Assembly (NCBI RefSeq): GCF_009914755.1
Contig: NC_060925.1
Reading direction: 5' to 3' (one strand)
Source of the DNA: the human T2T-CHM13v2.0 reference genome, Homo sapiens
Length of the DNA stretch: 64,000 nucleotides
Shown here: positions 27,441 to 47,793 of the stretch, in pieces
Layout of the letters: every line of letters starts with the position of its first letter
How positions within the stretch are numbered: the stretch's first letter is position 1
Position numbers and translations under genes: made by a program
The notes under the pieces: generated by a model
What the model was told of the DNA's origin: nothing
The model's input: only the letters and a program-made list of their open reading frames with translations
Databases searched by the model: none

Positions 27441-29865
27441 GCTGGAAATTATAAAATTGTACCAAAAGAGCATTGCTTCTTGAAGTTTCTCTAACTTCTT
27501 CTGTGATAACATGAATTTTATCCTCTGTGGTAACAAGAATTTTACCTATCATTCTCTATGATAACAAGAATTTTATCCTGTTACCTTCGATGTCCTTATA
27601 AGAATATTCTTAAATGTCTTTCCTATTTTGGAGCTAGAATAAAATAGTCTACGTAATACACTAAGCAGCATGTCTAGACAGAGTAGGCCTATGCAAATGT
27701 TATGGTGTTGCAAAACAAACAAACAAAAAACCTGTAAGCCTTTTTAGTGTTTATTGTTTCACTGACATATGTTGCATTAAACATCTCTTAAAGCTTTCTT
27801 CAGGTGCAATCAGCAATCATCAACATCTTTATCCCAATCATAGCATGAGACACTGAACCCCAGTAAGCTCTAGTTTTAAAATTGCCTCAAATCCTCAATG
27901 GGATTTACCTCTTGGGGTTGCTATAGGGTTTACATGGGACAATGTTTACACCCATTAGCACTGTCTTACAAATAGAAGGTGCACAATAATTGCGATAAGT
28001 GTGGTCTGTGGTCTGTGTCCACAAATGGCTGCATCCACGTCACTCAGGAGCTTGTTAGAAAAGCAGAATCCCAGGCCCCACCCCAGACCTATCAAATCAA
28101 AATCCAGATTTTAAAAAGATTTGCATCCACATGAAATTTGAAAAGCACTTAGTTAAATTATTAACAGAAAGAGTGAGTTCATAAAGACTCAGAAGACTAA
28201 GCGCAGATCCCTGACAAGACACTAGAAACTTCCTTCCATAACAACATCTTACATCTTAAAACATACATGAGTTTTGGCTGAGCCCCATCCCCACCCTAGG
28301 CATCAGCAGGGTAGGAATCCCCTTACATGGGCATCTACCCTCATCTATGCACCCAATTCATCCCCTTAATTCCCTTCTTTCTCCAGCCCAGGGATCTTTA
28401 CACCATCAGGGGGCCAGAAAGCTTTCCACTTACTCATCGAACATTTTCTGCTCCCCTTTGGGACAGAGCTTTTGAAACTCTAAAGTCAAGAGAATCTTTT
28501 TTTCTGCTTTGTGCCACCACATTCCTTCCCCCAAAGGTAATGAACATAGGCAAGCTAACTAAATGGGGCCAGGAAATAAAAGGAAATAGCCAGGGAAAAA
28601 AATAAATTATTAATTTCAAAATAGTGCCCTGCCACATAAAGAACCAAATGAATGGTTCCTTATGATCAGAGACTGAGGGTGGATGGAGAGAAGTATAGCA
28701 ATGAGCCATGATTTTCTCTCTCTCTCTTTTTGGAGGTAGTATTCCCTATCTCCACACTCATTACCACTGTATACAGTTTGTTCACCCCTTTCTGCCTCCT
28801 TAAGCTGTGCTCAGAAGTCTTTGGGGTATGTCCTTTCTGCAAATCTCACACATACACAAACACACACATGAAAAACAAACAAACAAACAAAAACCTCTTC
28901 AGCTTTCTACAAATTGGCTCAGGGAATTACTGTAGACCTTTCCTTCCTACTGTCTGCCATGTTCCCTGGTGTTTTCTGCTGTTCTTACCCTTATTCTTCC
29001 TATGTTGGCTCAAATTCGCCCTGGTTATATTTGGAAGAGATCTCAACTTTCTGCTTCATCACTGACCCAGAAGTCCCAAAGGATGTCCTTATAGGAATTG
29101 CCCAAGCTCCAGGTCCCAAAAATCCCTCTCCCCAGTGTTCAACCCTGTTTCTTACCACACCACCTCCCGTCTGCTCCGGACTCAGTTTGGGGAAGAATAA
29201 TTACACTCTTCTCTTAGCACAGACCATAGTCTGCCCTGTGTCAGGGTTATGCATGTATGTGCTTGTCTCCCCTGGGTGGAGAAACTCCAAGACCCATTCA
29301 TCTTCATATTCCCCTGCTTATTCCAGCACTAATCCATAGCTGTGCTCAACACATGAACAGAATAGACTGGATTGTGGGGTGAAGTTTTATTCAGAGTTCC
29401 TTCTTTCCTTCTGCCCCTTCAGCTCCCCACTGTTCTCTGATCCTACCTTGATTTTATTTTTGACACTCTGGGCAAAAGTCAGATCTGTATGCAAGTAAAA
29501 GCATTACTATTTCTAATTGAGCAAGTTATTTAGCTCCTATCTTTCATTTAGTCATCCACAAATGATAGATAAATAAATATAGGTAGAAGGCACACACCTT
29601 CTACCGTGCCTGATACATATTAGCATTCAATAATTGTTAGTTATCACTATTGTAGCTTAAAATTGACCATGATGAGAGTATTTATACCATGGAAATTGGT
29701 AAACATTATAAATTTTTTCAGAGAGCTGCTTTACCAGCAAATGACTAGGCTAGTGCCACATATCTAAATGATAATATTTTGGATCTATTATGGTAAATAA
29801 AACACTATTACAATTAATTTTATCTGTTTCTTTCAATTTTTTTGATATGACTGCTACAAAACAAA

Positions 29866-30148
29866 ATTTTCTGAGACAAGGTCTCACTCTGTTGCCCAGG
29901 CTGGAGTGGCATAATCACGACTCACTGCAGCCTTGAACTCCTGGGCTTAAGCGTCCTCCCACCTCAGCCTCCTGAGTAGCTGGGACACAGGAACGTGCCA
30001 CCATGTACAGCTAATTTTTTTTATTCTTTGTAGGGACAGGGTCTCCCTATGTTGCCCAGGCTGATCTTGAACTCCTGACCTCAAGCAATCCTCCCGCCTC
30101 AGCCTGCCAAAGTGTTGGGATTATAGGCGTGAACCACCATTCCCAGCT
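29866..30148 (-). mobile_element. AluJ-type SINE
   Basis: Antisense Alu consensus. Confidence 0.88.
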
Positions 30149-31119
30149 GAAATTTTTGAATTACCTTGTGATATTTGTATTGGACAGTGCTGGGCTAGAT
30201 AGACCCTAACACACATGGTAGGATGATGCCGTCACACCTCTCAGTGTGGTTCCCCAGGTATTTCTAGGAATACCAGGGAGCACTCATATGCTCCACAAAT
30301 TGGTCCAGGCTGATGCTTGTCACCTCTGTCAGCTGTTCTCTCTCTGAACTGTTGTTCTTCCTGAATCTTCAGGTCCCTCCCATGATCTAATCACTTTGAT
30401 ATTCCAGACTGACCTCTCTATTTGCTTGTTCCTATGTGCTGTGGGTTAGGTCCCCTCCACGGGTACTAGAAATGACTAGTCTCAGCACCCAAGAGCTCAG
30501 TACACCATTTCAAGGGCCACCGCCCACTTCCTCACAGCTTTCAGATGGCAGTGGGAAAGCCAACTCAGTGCCCATCAATGAAAAAATTCCCAAGACTCCT
30601 TATACTCAGAAGCCCCCTCTCCTTTCACACTCTCTCTTCAGTTACTATGACCCAGTCTTCCATCCCTGCCCCAGATATGAGGAACAAAATTCCCCTAAAA
30701 TTTAAAAAAAAAAATTCCCTACTTCTAACCCTTATATTACATCGAAGCTCCTCTATAATGTGTAAAATGTGGCATTTGGTTATTGCCAACTTAGCAAATA
30801 TATATAAATTTTTTTTTCATTGATCTCTTAGTTACTGCTTAGAAAAATAAAAGACAGAAAAGTGTATTCATTTTCTTTTATTACTTGTATAGGAGATTGG
30901 TTAATACTAACAACTTATGTAAGCCATAAGAAACATAAAATATATGTAATAGATTACATACTAAACTGAGAAAGTCCCAAGTAACCACAAATTAGTCCCT
31001 TTCTAACCTCCTCACACCTTCCCACTCCCACCAAAAGAACTTTAGCTGCATCATTTCCCTTGGGAATAGGGTTGGGCAGAGGATGAGAGCCAATTGCCAA
31101 TTGTATTATATTCAAATTC

Positions 31120-31345
31120 TTTTTTTTTCATGGAAAAACTGTCTTGTTTATTTGATTAAACAAAAATAAAATAAGCTTCATAGGAACAATTTTAAAGTCC
31201 AAAGAGACACCTACTTTGTTTTAAGGCTGTAGTAGCTGATACAGCATCTCCTTGCTACCTTCTCTAGCCTTCTCTGTGGACCACAGCAGTACATTCAGAA
31301 GCCTGCTAGCTAACACAGGAGTTTTTGAACACTTTTCCATTGGTT
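31120..31345 (-). pseudogene. 5'-truncated retrocopy of an unidentified mRNA 3' end
   Basis: Poly(T) 31120-31128 and TTTATT (minus-strand AATAAA) at 31147-31152. Flanking repeat AAATTCTTT at 31114-31122 and 31346-31354. Interior not recognisable as a TE. Confidence 0.65.
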
Positions 31346-31511
31346 AAATTCTTTATCACTGCATAAGGGTGGTTATCTCGAGGTTTTTATTGACTTAAAT
31401 ATAATCCTCAAGAGACTAGTAAGAAATACTTGCTTGTAGACCATTTCACAACACCTGGTTTTCCCTGGAAATTAGTGACTATTTACCTTTAAAGATCATC
31501 TGTTTTGTTGG

Positions 31512-32178
31512 CTTGAATGTAGTGAAAAGGGGACACTTTTACACTGCTGGTGGGAATGTAAACTAGTAGAGATTCCGTAAAGAACTAAAAGTAGAACTAC
31601 CATTTGATCCAACAATCTCACTACTGGGTATCTCCCCACAGGAAAAGAAGTCATTATATGAAAAAGACACTTGGACACACATGTTTATAGCAGCACAATT
31701 CACAACTGCAAAAATATGGAACCAGCTCAAATGCCCATCAATCAACAAGTGGATAAAGAAATTGTGATACACACACACACACACACACACACACACCATG
31801 CAATACTACTCAGCCATAAAAATGAATGAAATAATGGCATTTGCAGCAATCTGGATGAAATTAGAGGCCATTATTATAAGTGAACTAACCCAGGAATGGA
31901 AAACCAAACATTGTATGTTCTTGCTCATAAGTGGGAGCTAAGCTTTGAGGATGCAATGGCATAAGAATGATACAATGGACTTTGAGGACTCAAGGGAAAT
32001 GGTGGGAGGGGCTGAGGGATAAAAGACTAAACATTGGGTACAGCGTACACTGCTCGGGTGATGGGTGCACCAAAGTCTCAGAAATTGCCACTACAGAACT
32101 TATCCATGTAACCAAACAAAACCTGTTCCCCAAAAACCTATTAAAATAAAAAAAAATTGTAAAGACTAAAAAAAAAAT
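31512..32178 (+). mobile_element. L1PB-type 3' end with an internal (CA)n tract
   Basis: AAAGTAGAACTACCATTTGATCC...CATGTAACCAAAC...A tail. Confidence 0.85.
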
Positions 32179-32606
32179 CTATTCACCTTCCCAAAACAAA
32201 GGGATTTTATTCAAAGTGGTTTCTTTGCAGTAGAAACTCAGCAACCTTCAAATATCGTTCTCTTGATGAAAATAAAGTTTTTTTTAAAAAAAAGCAAAAT
32301 TTCTTCTGCTACTCTGAGCCCCCAGATAAAACTGAATTGGATCTCAGGGCTCAGAATATTTCTCTTAGCAAAAACTCAAGGAGCAGTTAAAAGATAAAGG
32401 AAATTAACCTGTTTTAAACATAGGTAGGTACTGCACACAAGCTTTGAATTTTGCTTACTTTGCTCATTTGCACATTTTTTCATTACTAAAAACTATTTAT
32501 TCAGTTCCTCCTAAAGAGCAAATACAGTGCCTACTCTCTTAGAGTTTATATTCCTGTTGGAGAAAATAGACAATAACTGTATGCACAGAAAAATGAATAA
32601 TCTTAG

Positions 32607-32957
32607 TGTTATGGACTGAATATTTATGTTCTCCAAAAATTCATATGTGGAAGCCTTAATCCCCAATGTGATGGTATTTGGAGGCTTTGGTATGTAATTA
32701 GGTCATGAGGGTGGGGGTGCCATGATGAACTTAGTGCCCTTACTAGAAAAGACACAAGAAAGATGATCCCTCTGCCATGTGAGGATACAGCAAGAAGGTG
32801 GCTATCTACAAATCTGGACGAAGGCCCTCACCAGACAATGAATCTTCTGGCACCTTGATATTGAACTTCCTAGTTCTCCAGAACTATGAAATATAAATGT
32901 TGTTTAAGCCACCCAAACTATAGGATTCTGTTATAGCTGCCTGAACTGACGAAGACA
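32607..32957 (+). mobile_element. MLT1A-like MaLR LTR
   Basis: TGTTATGGACTGAAT...GACGAAGACA; same family as 27062-27440. Confidence 0.8.
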
Positions 32958-35900
32958 ATTAAAAAGTGGTTAAATGCTGTGACCCACATACTCACACTCA
33001 CCAAAAAAAATAAAATAAACAAACCCAAAACCCACAGAGTAATGAAATAGACAGGGACAAGAAGGGGCATCACTTTGATTGGGCCATCAAAGGCCTCTCT
33101 GTGGAGATGATAGTGGAGCAAAGCCTTCACATGGGTCAGTCAGGGAAAGAGCTAGGGGAAGGAAGAACATTCTAGGCAGTAGGGCTGGTATTGGTAAGTC
33201 TGAAAGCCTAAGACAAAAACAACTTTGGCATGCCTGAAGAAAAGAAAGTGGCTACAGCAGAGTAAAGCAGGTGTGAGGACAACTAAGTAATAGGCCATAG
33301 CATTAACAAGTAGGCAGGGGCTAGACTGAATGGAGCCTTTGGATCATGAATTTTACGGAAAGCCATTGGAAGGTTTCAATTAGGAGAGTGATTTCAGATT
33401 CATGTTTTTAAAAGCCAGTTGGCTTTTGCGTGGCAAAACAGACCACAATGGAATAGGAGTTAAAGCAGAGAGATGAGTTAAAGGACTCTCAGATAAGATG
33501 TAAAGTGGCCCAGATAAGATGTAAAGTGCCTTGACTTCTAGGCCATGGCAAAAGAGGGTGACGAATTATCAGATCTGGGATATACTTTGGAGGCAGAGCA
33601 ATAAGACTTACTGGATTAGATAGGGTAAGTAATGGAAATTAAGGCATCAACGATAACTTGTACATCATTGGGCTGAGTAACTGTGTGGTGGTGCCATTGA
33701 CTGAGATTAAGGGGAAGACCAAAGAGGAGCAGATAGGGAGAGGCAGTTTGCAAATGAAGAGCTCAGTTTTGCACAGCTCCTCATATAAGCACCACAATAA
33801 TTATCCAAGAGTCATTTTCTTTTACTCATTTTATAGACAAGGAAACTAAAGCACAGAGAGGTTATGCAACTTGGCCTTGGTCACTTGGCTAACTCATTTT
33901 ATGTGATATTTTTCTTTACACAGTAGCATAGAGGTTAAGGTTGCTGAATCCTAATCCTAGGGCCACTATTTACTAGTTGTATGACCCTTGAGCAAGTCAC
34001 TTAATTTCTCTAAACCTTGATTTTTCTCCTCTTAAAGTTGGAAGTTTTCTTGTCAAGGCTTTATGTAAGGGTTAAGTGAGGCAAAGCAGGCAATGTGCAT
34101 GGCATAGCATACAATAAGTGTTCAATAAATATTAGCTATTCTTATAGTCAGTCATCTCCAAAGCTACAGTAGCATTATAATCCTGGATTTACTCCAACTA
34201 AAAGAACTCATCAAGGAGGTATATTTTCTCCCTCCAATAGATCACCAGTGTGTGGTCCTTGTCTTACTTCTTATTATTTTGACTACAGATCAGAATGAAA
34301 ACCTTGGTCTCCTATAATGGGTACTCTCCCGTGGGTGGGTGGGTAGGGAGTACTAAATGAAACCTAAAATAAAGCCTGACTAAGTAAAGGAAACATTTGA
34401 GGCAAAAGACAAGATATGAAAACTTCACCAAAACTGTCTGAAATGACAAAGGGAAAAAGTCCCAACCTTAATCAGGGAAAGTTAGTTGCATCAATAAAGA
34501 AAAATAACCACACACGATACAATCAGGCAATTGAGATCTTGATACTGGAAGGCCAAAGGTTGGGAGTATTCAAGAGCATTTCCCCAAGACTGACCTCAGA
34601 GGAAGGACTGGTTTAAAATTAGCAAGATTTAGAGGTTTTAGGTTAAATGCATACAAATTTCCTTCCCTGGGCCCTCATAGGTGCAGCAGCCTCTTCCATC
34701 AAGCAAAGTACATCCTAACATATGAATACCTTTGTGATATGGTCTCTCCTCTGTCACAGTACATACTTTGGCAAGAATGAACTACAATGAAAAATGAGTG
34801 CCCACTAAGGTTGGAAGGAGGGTGATCCTTCTGATTAGTCACCATAATGGTGTCTTTTTAATAGCTATTAAAGGTGAAATGAAAATATGATCGTTAAAAC
34901 TGGTACAAAAAGCTATCAGAGGAAGTGGGGTAAAAGCAAGACCATGGTGAGACATGTAGAAATGAATCATCAAATTGTAATGCCTCTTTTCAGTAATATA
35001 GGGCCCACTCTTACCCCAGACAAAGGCCCATCCTTGACAAGGCTTTCTCCAGTTCAAGCAGGGCTACACCTCTGGGTGGAGTCTCTGGTTCCTGCAGTCT
35101 GGGGAGACAGTCTAATGTAATGGTTAAGAGCAAGAGCTTTGGAGACAGGCTGGCTGAATCTGAATCCCAGCTTGCCTCAAGCTTTTCAGCCATAATGGAA
35201 GAATTATGGAAGTAACTGGGCAAATTATCTAACTTTTTTAAGCCTTAATTTTCTTATTAATAAATGTGGGAAAGAGTGTAATGACTGTAACTAGTACCTC
35301 AATTCACAGGGTTGCTGTGAGAGGATGAGATAATGCATGTAAAGTACCTGGCATACAGCTTTTAACAAGCATTTACACTTGTTATATTATTATCTGGAGT
35401 TTCATTCTGGCTGGACCAGGGTTTCTTTCTGGTAGCAATGAACATTTCCTTAAAATTCTCAGTCACAACTTTGTTCCATTTCAATTCATTTCTATTGCTT
35501 ACCACCACTCTAGAAAAGAATATTTATTGAGTACCTAAGTCCACCCGCCCCCCCAAAAAAAATAAGCTAAAGAAAATAGTGAGGGAAACCATTGCATAAA
35601 GTCCCAAGAATAAAAATAGAGGGAAAAGACAATCAGGTAAAGGTGGATTTCAGAAGTTCACTGGAAGAGACGAATCAGTGAAGAGGGCCAAGAAAGACCA
35701 ACTCTAGTTCTATTCAAATGCCTACGAAGGTTAGGATAACTTTTAATGTCATAAAGAGTTGGAACTTTTCCTTGTGTATTACTTTGTTGCCCTGTCTTCC
35801 TTTTCCTAGACATATCTTAGAAACCTACACAACCAGAAAAAGAGTGTATTGTTTTGTACAATTCAAACGAGTAGGAAAGAAGGGGGTGGGGGAAACTCTA

Positions 35901-38900
35901 TCACGCCTCGTATCTTGTTCCAGCAAGAGCTCCAGGCAAAGGAGAGAAACCCCAGGGGAAAGAATGGGTGGTGGCCGAAAGCAGAACGTGGGACAGTTAA
36001 TCCTGGGGACCCCCAGATGATGAAGAAGACATACACCCGGGGGGTTGCCTAGGGGATGCCTGTCAACTCAGCAGTAACGCTGCAAGGACATGCTCTAGCC
36101 CAAAGCCCCCAGGTGATTTCCTCCTCAGAAAAGGAAGCCTAGGATCACACCAGACCCACTAGACTAGAGAGTAAAAGGCCCTAAGCAGCACTAGGGTAAT
36201 TTATTGTCCAAACATAGGACATTTTCAGAAAGGGAAGATCATAACAAAGCTGTGCCAACAGGTTACATCAGAACTATCCAGACATCCTAGTAAGTGTCCA
36301 TTGCCCTATTCCATGCACAAACACAAAACTAGAAGACTAGATGTACGCTCAGGAATAAAGAAATAAACGAGTGTGGGTAAGTGATGAGGAAGGAAACAAA
36401 CATTTTCTAAAAGCACTCACTGGTACTCCAGCCCTGTGTGGAATACTGTATATTCATGATCTAATTTAATCCCTGCAGAGTGGGAATTAGAAGGGAAGTG
36501 ATGCAGCTGGAATGTGAACACTCATGACTGTCTGAAACGAAAACACTTATTTTTTTATGCCTCATGCTACCATCCTGGTCCCAGCACTCAACCCCTCATT
36601 GGTAGGCCGTAATTATGGTACTGCTCTTATTGAGGGCTTTGAAAACTCTTGCTGAGCACTGCATGTGGTAACTCATTAAACTGTCAGAAACATGCAACGC
36701 AGTAAGGAAAATCAGGTTCAGAGAGGTTAAGTAACTTCCCTGAGGTTAGACACTAGTAAGCAGTGGTTAGACACTGAGTAAGACAAACTCAGGTCTGTCT
36801 GGCTACACAGCCAGTGCTCCCACTCCCTAAGCTATAGTGAAGAGTAATGCAATTAAACTGGGGGCATGGGAGTAGGCTTGCAATGCTACACAGCATGAGC
36901 AGATGAAGAGAGAGCATGGCCACAGAATCACACTTTCTACCCAAACCTTAGCTCCAGTCAAGCCTGTCCTCCCTCCACCTAGACCCTCTGTCCACCATGT
37001 TTTTTGCCACACCTTTGCAATTAATTGACTACACCATTCTCCCATCTGGTAATCATCTCCCCTTCCTCTCTGCAATCCAAAATAGGCTTTATTTCTGCCA
37101 CAGTGCTTTTTTATTAGTGTAGTTCTGTTTCCTGCCTGTCCTGGCTATAATTTTTCTTGGTATAGAGACTTTAACCAACTTTCAGAACTGTGTCTCATAC
37201 TCCCCTTGTTATCCACAGCAACCAGGAAGTGAAGGTTATGTGGTAAGAAAGAGGTTGGTTAAATACTACTGGATTAGTTTGAATGTTTACAGAAGACCTT
37301 CTCCAGGCACCCTAACACTAAAAGAGGAATTACCCAGGAGAAAGGGAAGTCACACTTTCTCACTCATCCTTATCTTCTCTAAGTCTTTCCTGACTTCTAA
37401 ACATCACCAATTCTCAATTTTCATAGGTTATGGTGGAATGGAAAAGTCATTGAAAATGGAAAATCATAAATAATCCACAAATTTTCATTTGATCATTAAC
37501 TTTCTTCTCCTCATTTTGGGACAAACTTTTTAAATGACCCCTTTCTCTACACGTGTGTATGCTTGGCTTTGCCCTTGGTCCAGAATTTTTTGCAATGCAC
37601 CAAAATTTACTAAACACTATCTTTCATAAGAAAAGGGACTAAAGTGTTTCTCTTGACCAACACTATTTTCAGTACCTGGCATATGTCGGTGTTTTAAGTA
37701 TTCTCTGAATGAATTAGGCCCAAATGACAGATGACTATCTCAGCAAATGCTAGGTTAGACAGATAATACTGAGGACTAGCTTCCCTTAATAATTCCTGGA
37801 TGCTATGTAAAGCCCCAGAACTTAGGTGCAACCAGAGTAAAAAGAGGAACCATGAATTGAAATTAAATTGCTATATCTCAGACCAAAATACATGATGGTG
37901 AAAAACAGAAATAGAAAGACAAAAATTAGGTTGGTTAAAATTCTTGAACACAGAGACTGTGGATGGAGAATCATACCAACTACAGATATGAAGGAGAAAT
38001 AAGAATTTTTCTAATCATCCTACTAGAAAATATAAAACAGGCTATTAAGCACCTCATAACCTAGTAAACTCTCACTGTGTTTTATTCATTTTTAAAAATA
38101 AATTCATTTTATCTGAATTTATAAAATGTGAGTATTGATATGTGATCTCTTTTAAGTTAAAGAATGAATCAGGTATTTATTTGGGTAGGCATAATTTATC
38201 AGACCTAATTATATGTACATCATCCTTCATGTTTTTTCAGACTATGATCACACAATAATTTTTTGCATAAATGTTTATGAAACAGATTATCAGTTTTCCC
38301 CCAAAATCCATTCTCCCCTTATTCTTAGGCCCTTTGTCATCCAGCTAGAGACATTTCCCAGATTTACTGGCAGTTGGGTATGGCCACATGATTTATATCT
38401 CTCCAGTGGAATGTGGGGGGATGTGATATGTACACACCTTCTATCTTACTTGTTCAAAAGGAAATTGCTTGCCCTGGGCTTTCTCTCTTTTCCCTTTTTT
38501 TGTACTAAAACATGAATATGCCATATGATCCAGCTTTGACTATGCAAATGAGCATCTCTCCCTATGAGAAATTAGAGATATAGGGAATGTGGACCCATGA
38601 TTGACCTCAAAGAGCTAGATGGTTACATGAGATATAAACTTCTTTCATCTTTAAATCACTGTATTTGGGTGTCACTTTTTCAGCACCTTAGCTTTTCCCA
38701 TAATTAATACAGTTAGAGAGACAATTAAAGATTCATCAGTTTTCTCAAGGGCTCTCTTAATCTTTATGTTTCAAAATCATTCTCCTTTGAGTCATCTAGT
38801 CATGCTATCATCTCGACTAATTCACTCTTCTTCAGCTGTTAACTGAACTGACTCTGCCAGAGACTCCTTTTTCAAAAGCTTTAAGTGCAATTTAAGTATT

Positions 38901-39534
38901 TCTCTAATTTTACTTTCACTGAATTTTTGATATCTTGACTCTCTTACAAGATTTGCAGCTTTACTTATTACTTAATTTACTTTGCATTCAAATGTTTACA
39001 ATCATGGATATAGAGAAAAGGGGAAGTATGCTTATATGAGAACTAATTTCATTATTAGCCAGTTCATTAATGAATATTTTATATTGTGAGAACTTTTGCT
39101 TCCCTTTATGACCTAACTGCAAGGACTTGGATAATACAACTTAAGTTCTCATGATACTTGAGAAAAATTCAAGAGGTGTTCAGGAAATGGAACATCTAGT
39201 CTATTCTTTTGTTTTTTTTTTTTTCAGGAATACTTAACAAGCTTTAAATTTCATAAATATTTTTACCCTTCTCTCAAACACTATAAAGACATTAGAATGT
39301 TTAAATCTAATTAATGCCACTCCCTGAATTTAGATATTTTAGCTGCATAGTATTTTGGTTCTATCTTATTTTGATTTTTTCCACCAATTAAGCATTATAA
39401 TTATTGTTATTTTATATTGTCAGTGTTTACTTATATTTGATTATATATTTGATCACCATTTCTTCTTGCATCTCAGACTTTCCATTCATCCTCAAATCCC
39501 TGAGAAGACTGGTCTAGTTATAAATTATCACGGT

Positions 39535-43982
<4,448 letters not shown>

Positions 43983-43992
43983 AAGTACTTTA

Positions 43993-45634
<1,642 letters not shown>

Positions 45635-45638
<4 letters not shown>

Positions 45639-45852
45639 CTAAAATCTATACCTTGCAGGAATAAAGGTTACCTTGCAGATTCTCAAAGATGTATAATCAG
45701 GCAAATGATGCATTCAATTGTAAGTTTTAGTGTTCCCTTTATTTTGAGTGTTTTTATTCACATAAGTTGCAACTTTATTGCTCAGGGAAATAGTCGCTGA
45801 ATTAAAATCAATGAAAAATTCGAAAGACTATTTCTTTTTTTGAGTCTTGGCT
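45635..45852 (+). repeat. ~215-bp direct repeat, copy 1 (copy 2 at 47063-47277)
   Basis: By eye, about 13 substitutions and one 3-bp indel between the copies. Confidence 0.95.
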
Positions 45853-47062
45853 GAAACTAGATCCCTTCCTTACACCTTATAAAAAAATTAATTCAAGATG
45901 GATTAAAGACTTACATGTTAGACCTAAAACCATAAAAACCCTAGAAGAAAACCTAGGCAATACCATTCAGGACATAGGCATGGGCAAGGACTTCATGTCT
46001 AAAACACTAAAAGCAATGGCAACAAAAGCCAAAATTGACAAATGGGATCTAATTAAACTAAAGAGCTTCTGCACAGCAAAAGAAACCACCATCAGAGTGA
46101 ACAGGCAACCTACAGAATGGGAGAAAATTTTTGCAATCTACTCATCTGACAAAGGGCTAATATCCAGAATCTACAAAGAACTCAAACAAATTTACAAGAG
46201 AAAATCAAACAACCCCATCAAAAAGTTGGCGAAGGATATGAACAGAAACTTCTCAAAAGAAGACATTTATGCAGCCAACAGGCACATGAAAAAATGCTCA
46301 TCATCACTGGCCATCAGAGAAGTGCAAATCAAAACCACAATGAGATACGATCTCACACCAGTTAGGATGGTGATCATTAAAAAGGCAGGAAACAACAGGT
46401 GCTGGAGAGGGTGTGGAGAAATAGGAACACTCTTACACTGTTGGTGGGACTGTAAACTAGTTCAACCATTGTGGAAGACATTGTGATTCCTCAAGGATCT
46501 AGAACTAGAAATACCATTTTACCCAGCCATCCCATTACTGGGTATATACCCAAAGGATTATAAATCATGCTGCTATAAGGACACATGCACATGTATGTTT
46601 ATTGCAGCACTATTCACAATAGCAAAGACTTGGAACCAACCCAAATGTCCATCAGTGATAGAGTGGATTAAGAAAATGTGGCACATATACCCCATGGAAT
46701 ACTATGCAGCCATAAAAAAGGATGAGTTAGTGTCCTTTGTAGGACATGGATGAAGCTGGAAACCATCATTCTCAGGAAACTATCGCAAGGACAGAAAACC
46801 AAACACTGCATGTTCTCACTCATAGGTGGGAATTGAACAATGAGAACACTTGGACACAGGAAGGGGAACATCACACACCGGGGCCTGTCGTGGGGTGGAG
46901 GGAGTGGGGAGGGATAGCATTAGGAGATATACCCAATGTAAACGACGAGTTAATGGGTGCAGCACACCAACATGGCACATGTGTACATATGTAACAAACC
47001 TGCACGTTGTGTGCACGTGGACCCTAGAACTTAAAGTATAATAATAATAATTTAAAAAAAGA
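45850..47062 (+). mobile_element. L1 segment E: ORF2 C-terminus, 3'UTR and A tail (L1PA5/6-like)
   Basis: ORF 45980..46486 includes [19 protein letters not shown]1PA 3'UTR ends CTTAAAGTATAATAAT. Confidence 0.95.
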
Positions 47063-47284
47063 AAAGCTAAGATCTATATCTTGCAGGAATAAAGGTTACC
47101 TTGCAGATTCCCAAAGACCTATAATCAGGCAAATGACACATTCAATTGTAAGTTTTAGTGTTCCCTTTATTTTGAGTGTTTTTATTCAAATAAGTTGCAA
47201 CTTTATTGTTCAGAGAAGTCACTGAATTAAAATCAATGAAAAATTCGAAAGACTGTTTCTCTTTTTGAGTCTTGGCTCTCCTTT

Positions 47285-47793
47285 TGATGCAGGATTTTTT
47301 GCTCTTTAGTTCAGCTAAAATCTGGTTCTTGTGTCACAACCAGGAAAAATTAGGTACGTGGACACATTGAAAGGTGGAGAGAGCAGAATTAAAAGAAAGC
47401 TCTCAGAGAAAAAAGGGGGACCTTTCAACAGGCTTCCACCTCACAGATTGAATACCAGGCCACCACACATGAGCTGAAAAGGCCAGGCTTCTCCCCAATT
47501 TATAAGGCGTGGATTCCAGGTGGGTCCACCCCATTGTCCCAGTGCACAGGTGGGCCCTTAGTCTGAGCCACTCCATATTGATTTATTTCCCTTACTATGC
47601 ATGTGTTCAGGGACAGAATGTCTTTGAACTTGACACATGAGTTGTAATGCACAGTAAAGTAGGAAAACCCAAGGAGCTTGTCTACACATACTACGCATGT
47701 GTTAAGGGACAGAATTTTTCACTGTGGGCATGTTTAGATAAGCTCAATGTGCACAATGGCCTGGGCAGCATTTGGCTGTCTCCTTCTCTATCA
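47285..47793 (-). mobile_element. ERV1-class solo LTR (family uncertain)
   Basis: TG...CA termini (TGATGCAGG...CTCTATCA) and a 4-bp TSD CTTT at 47281-47284 and 47794-47797. Confidence 0.75.

Noticed and set aside
30550-30980. Cluster of kappaB half-like sites (AAAATTCCC, AGAAAGTCCC)
   Set aside because: Mostly poly(A)-adjacent partial matches; too weak without binding data.
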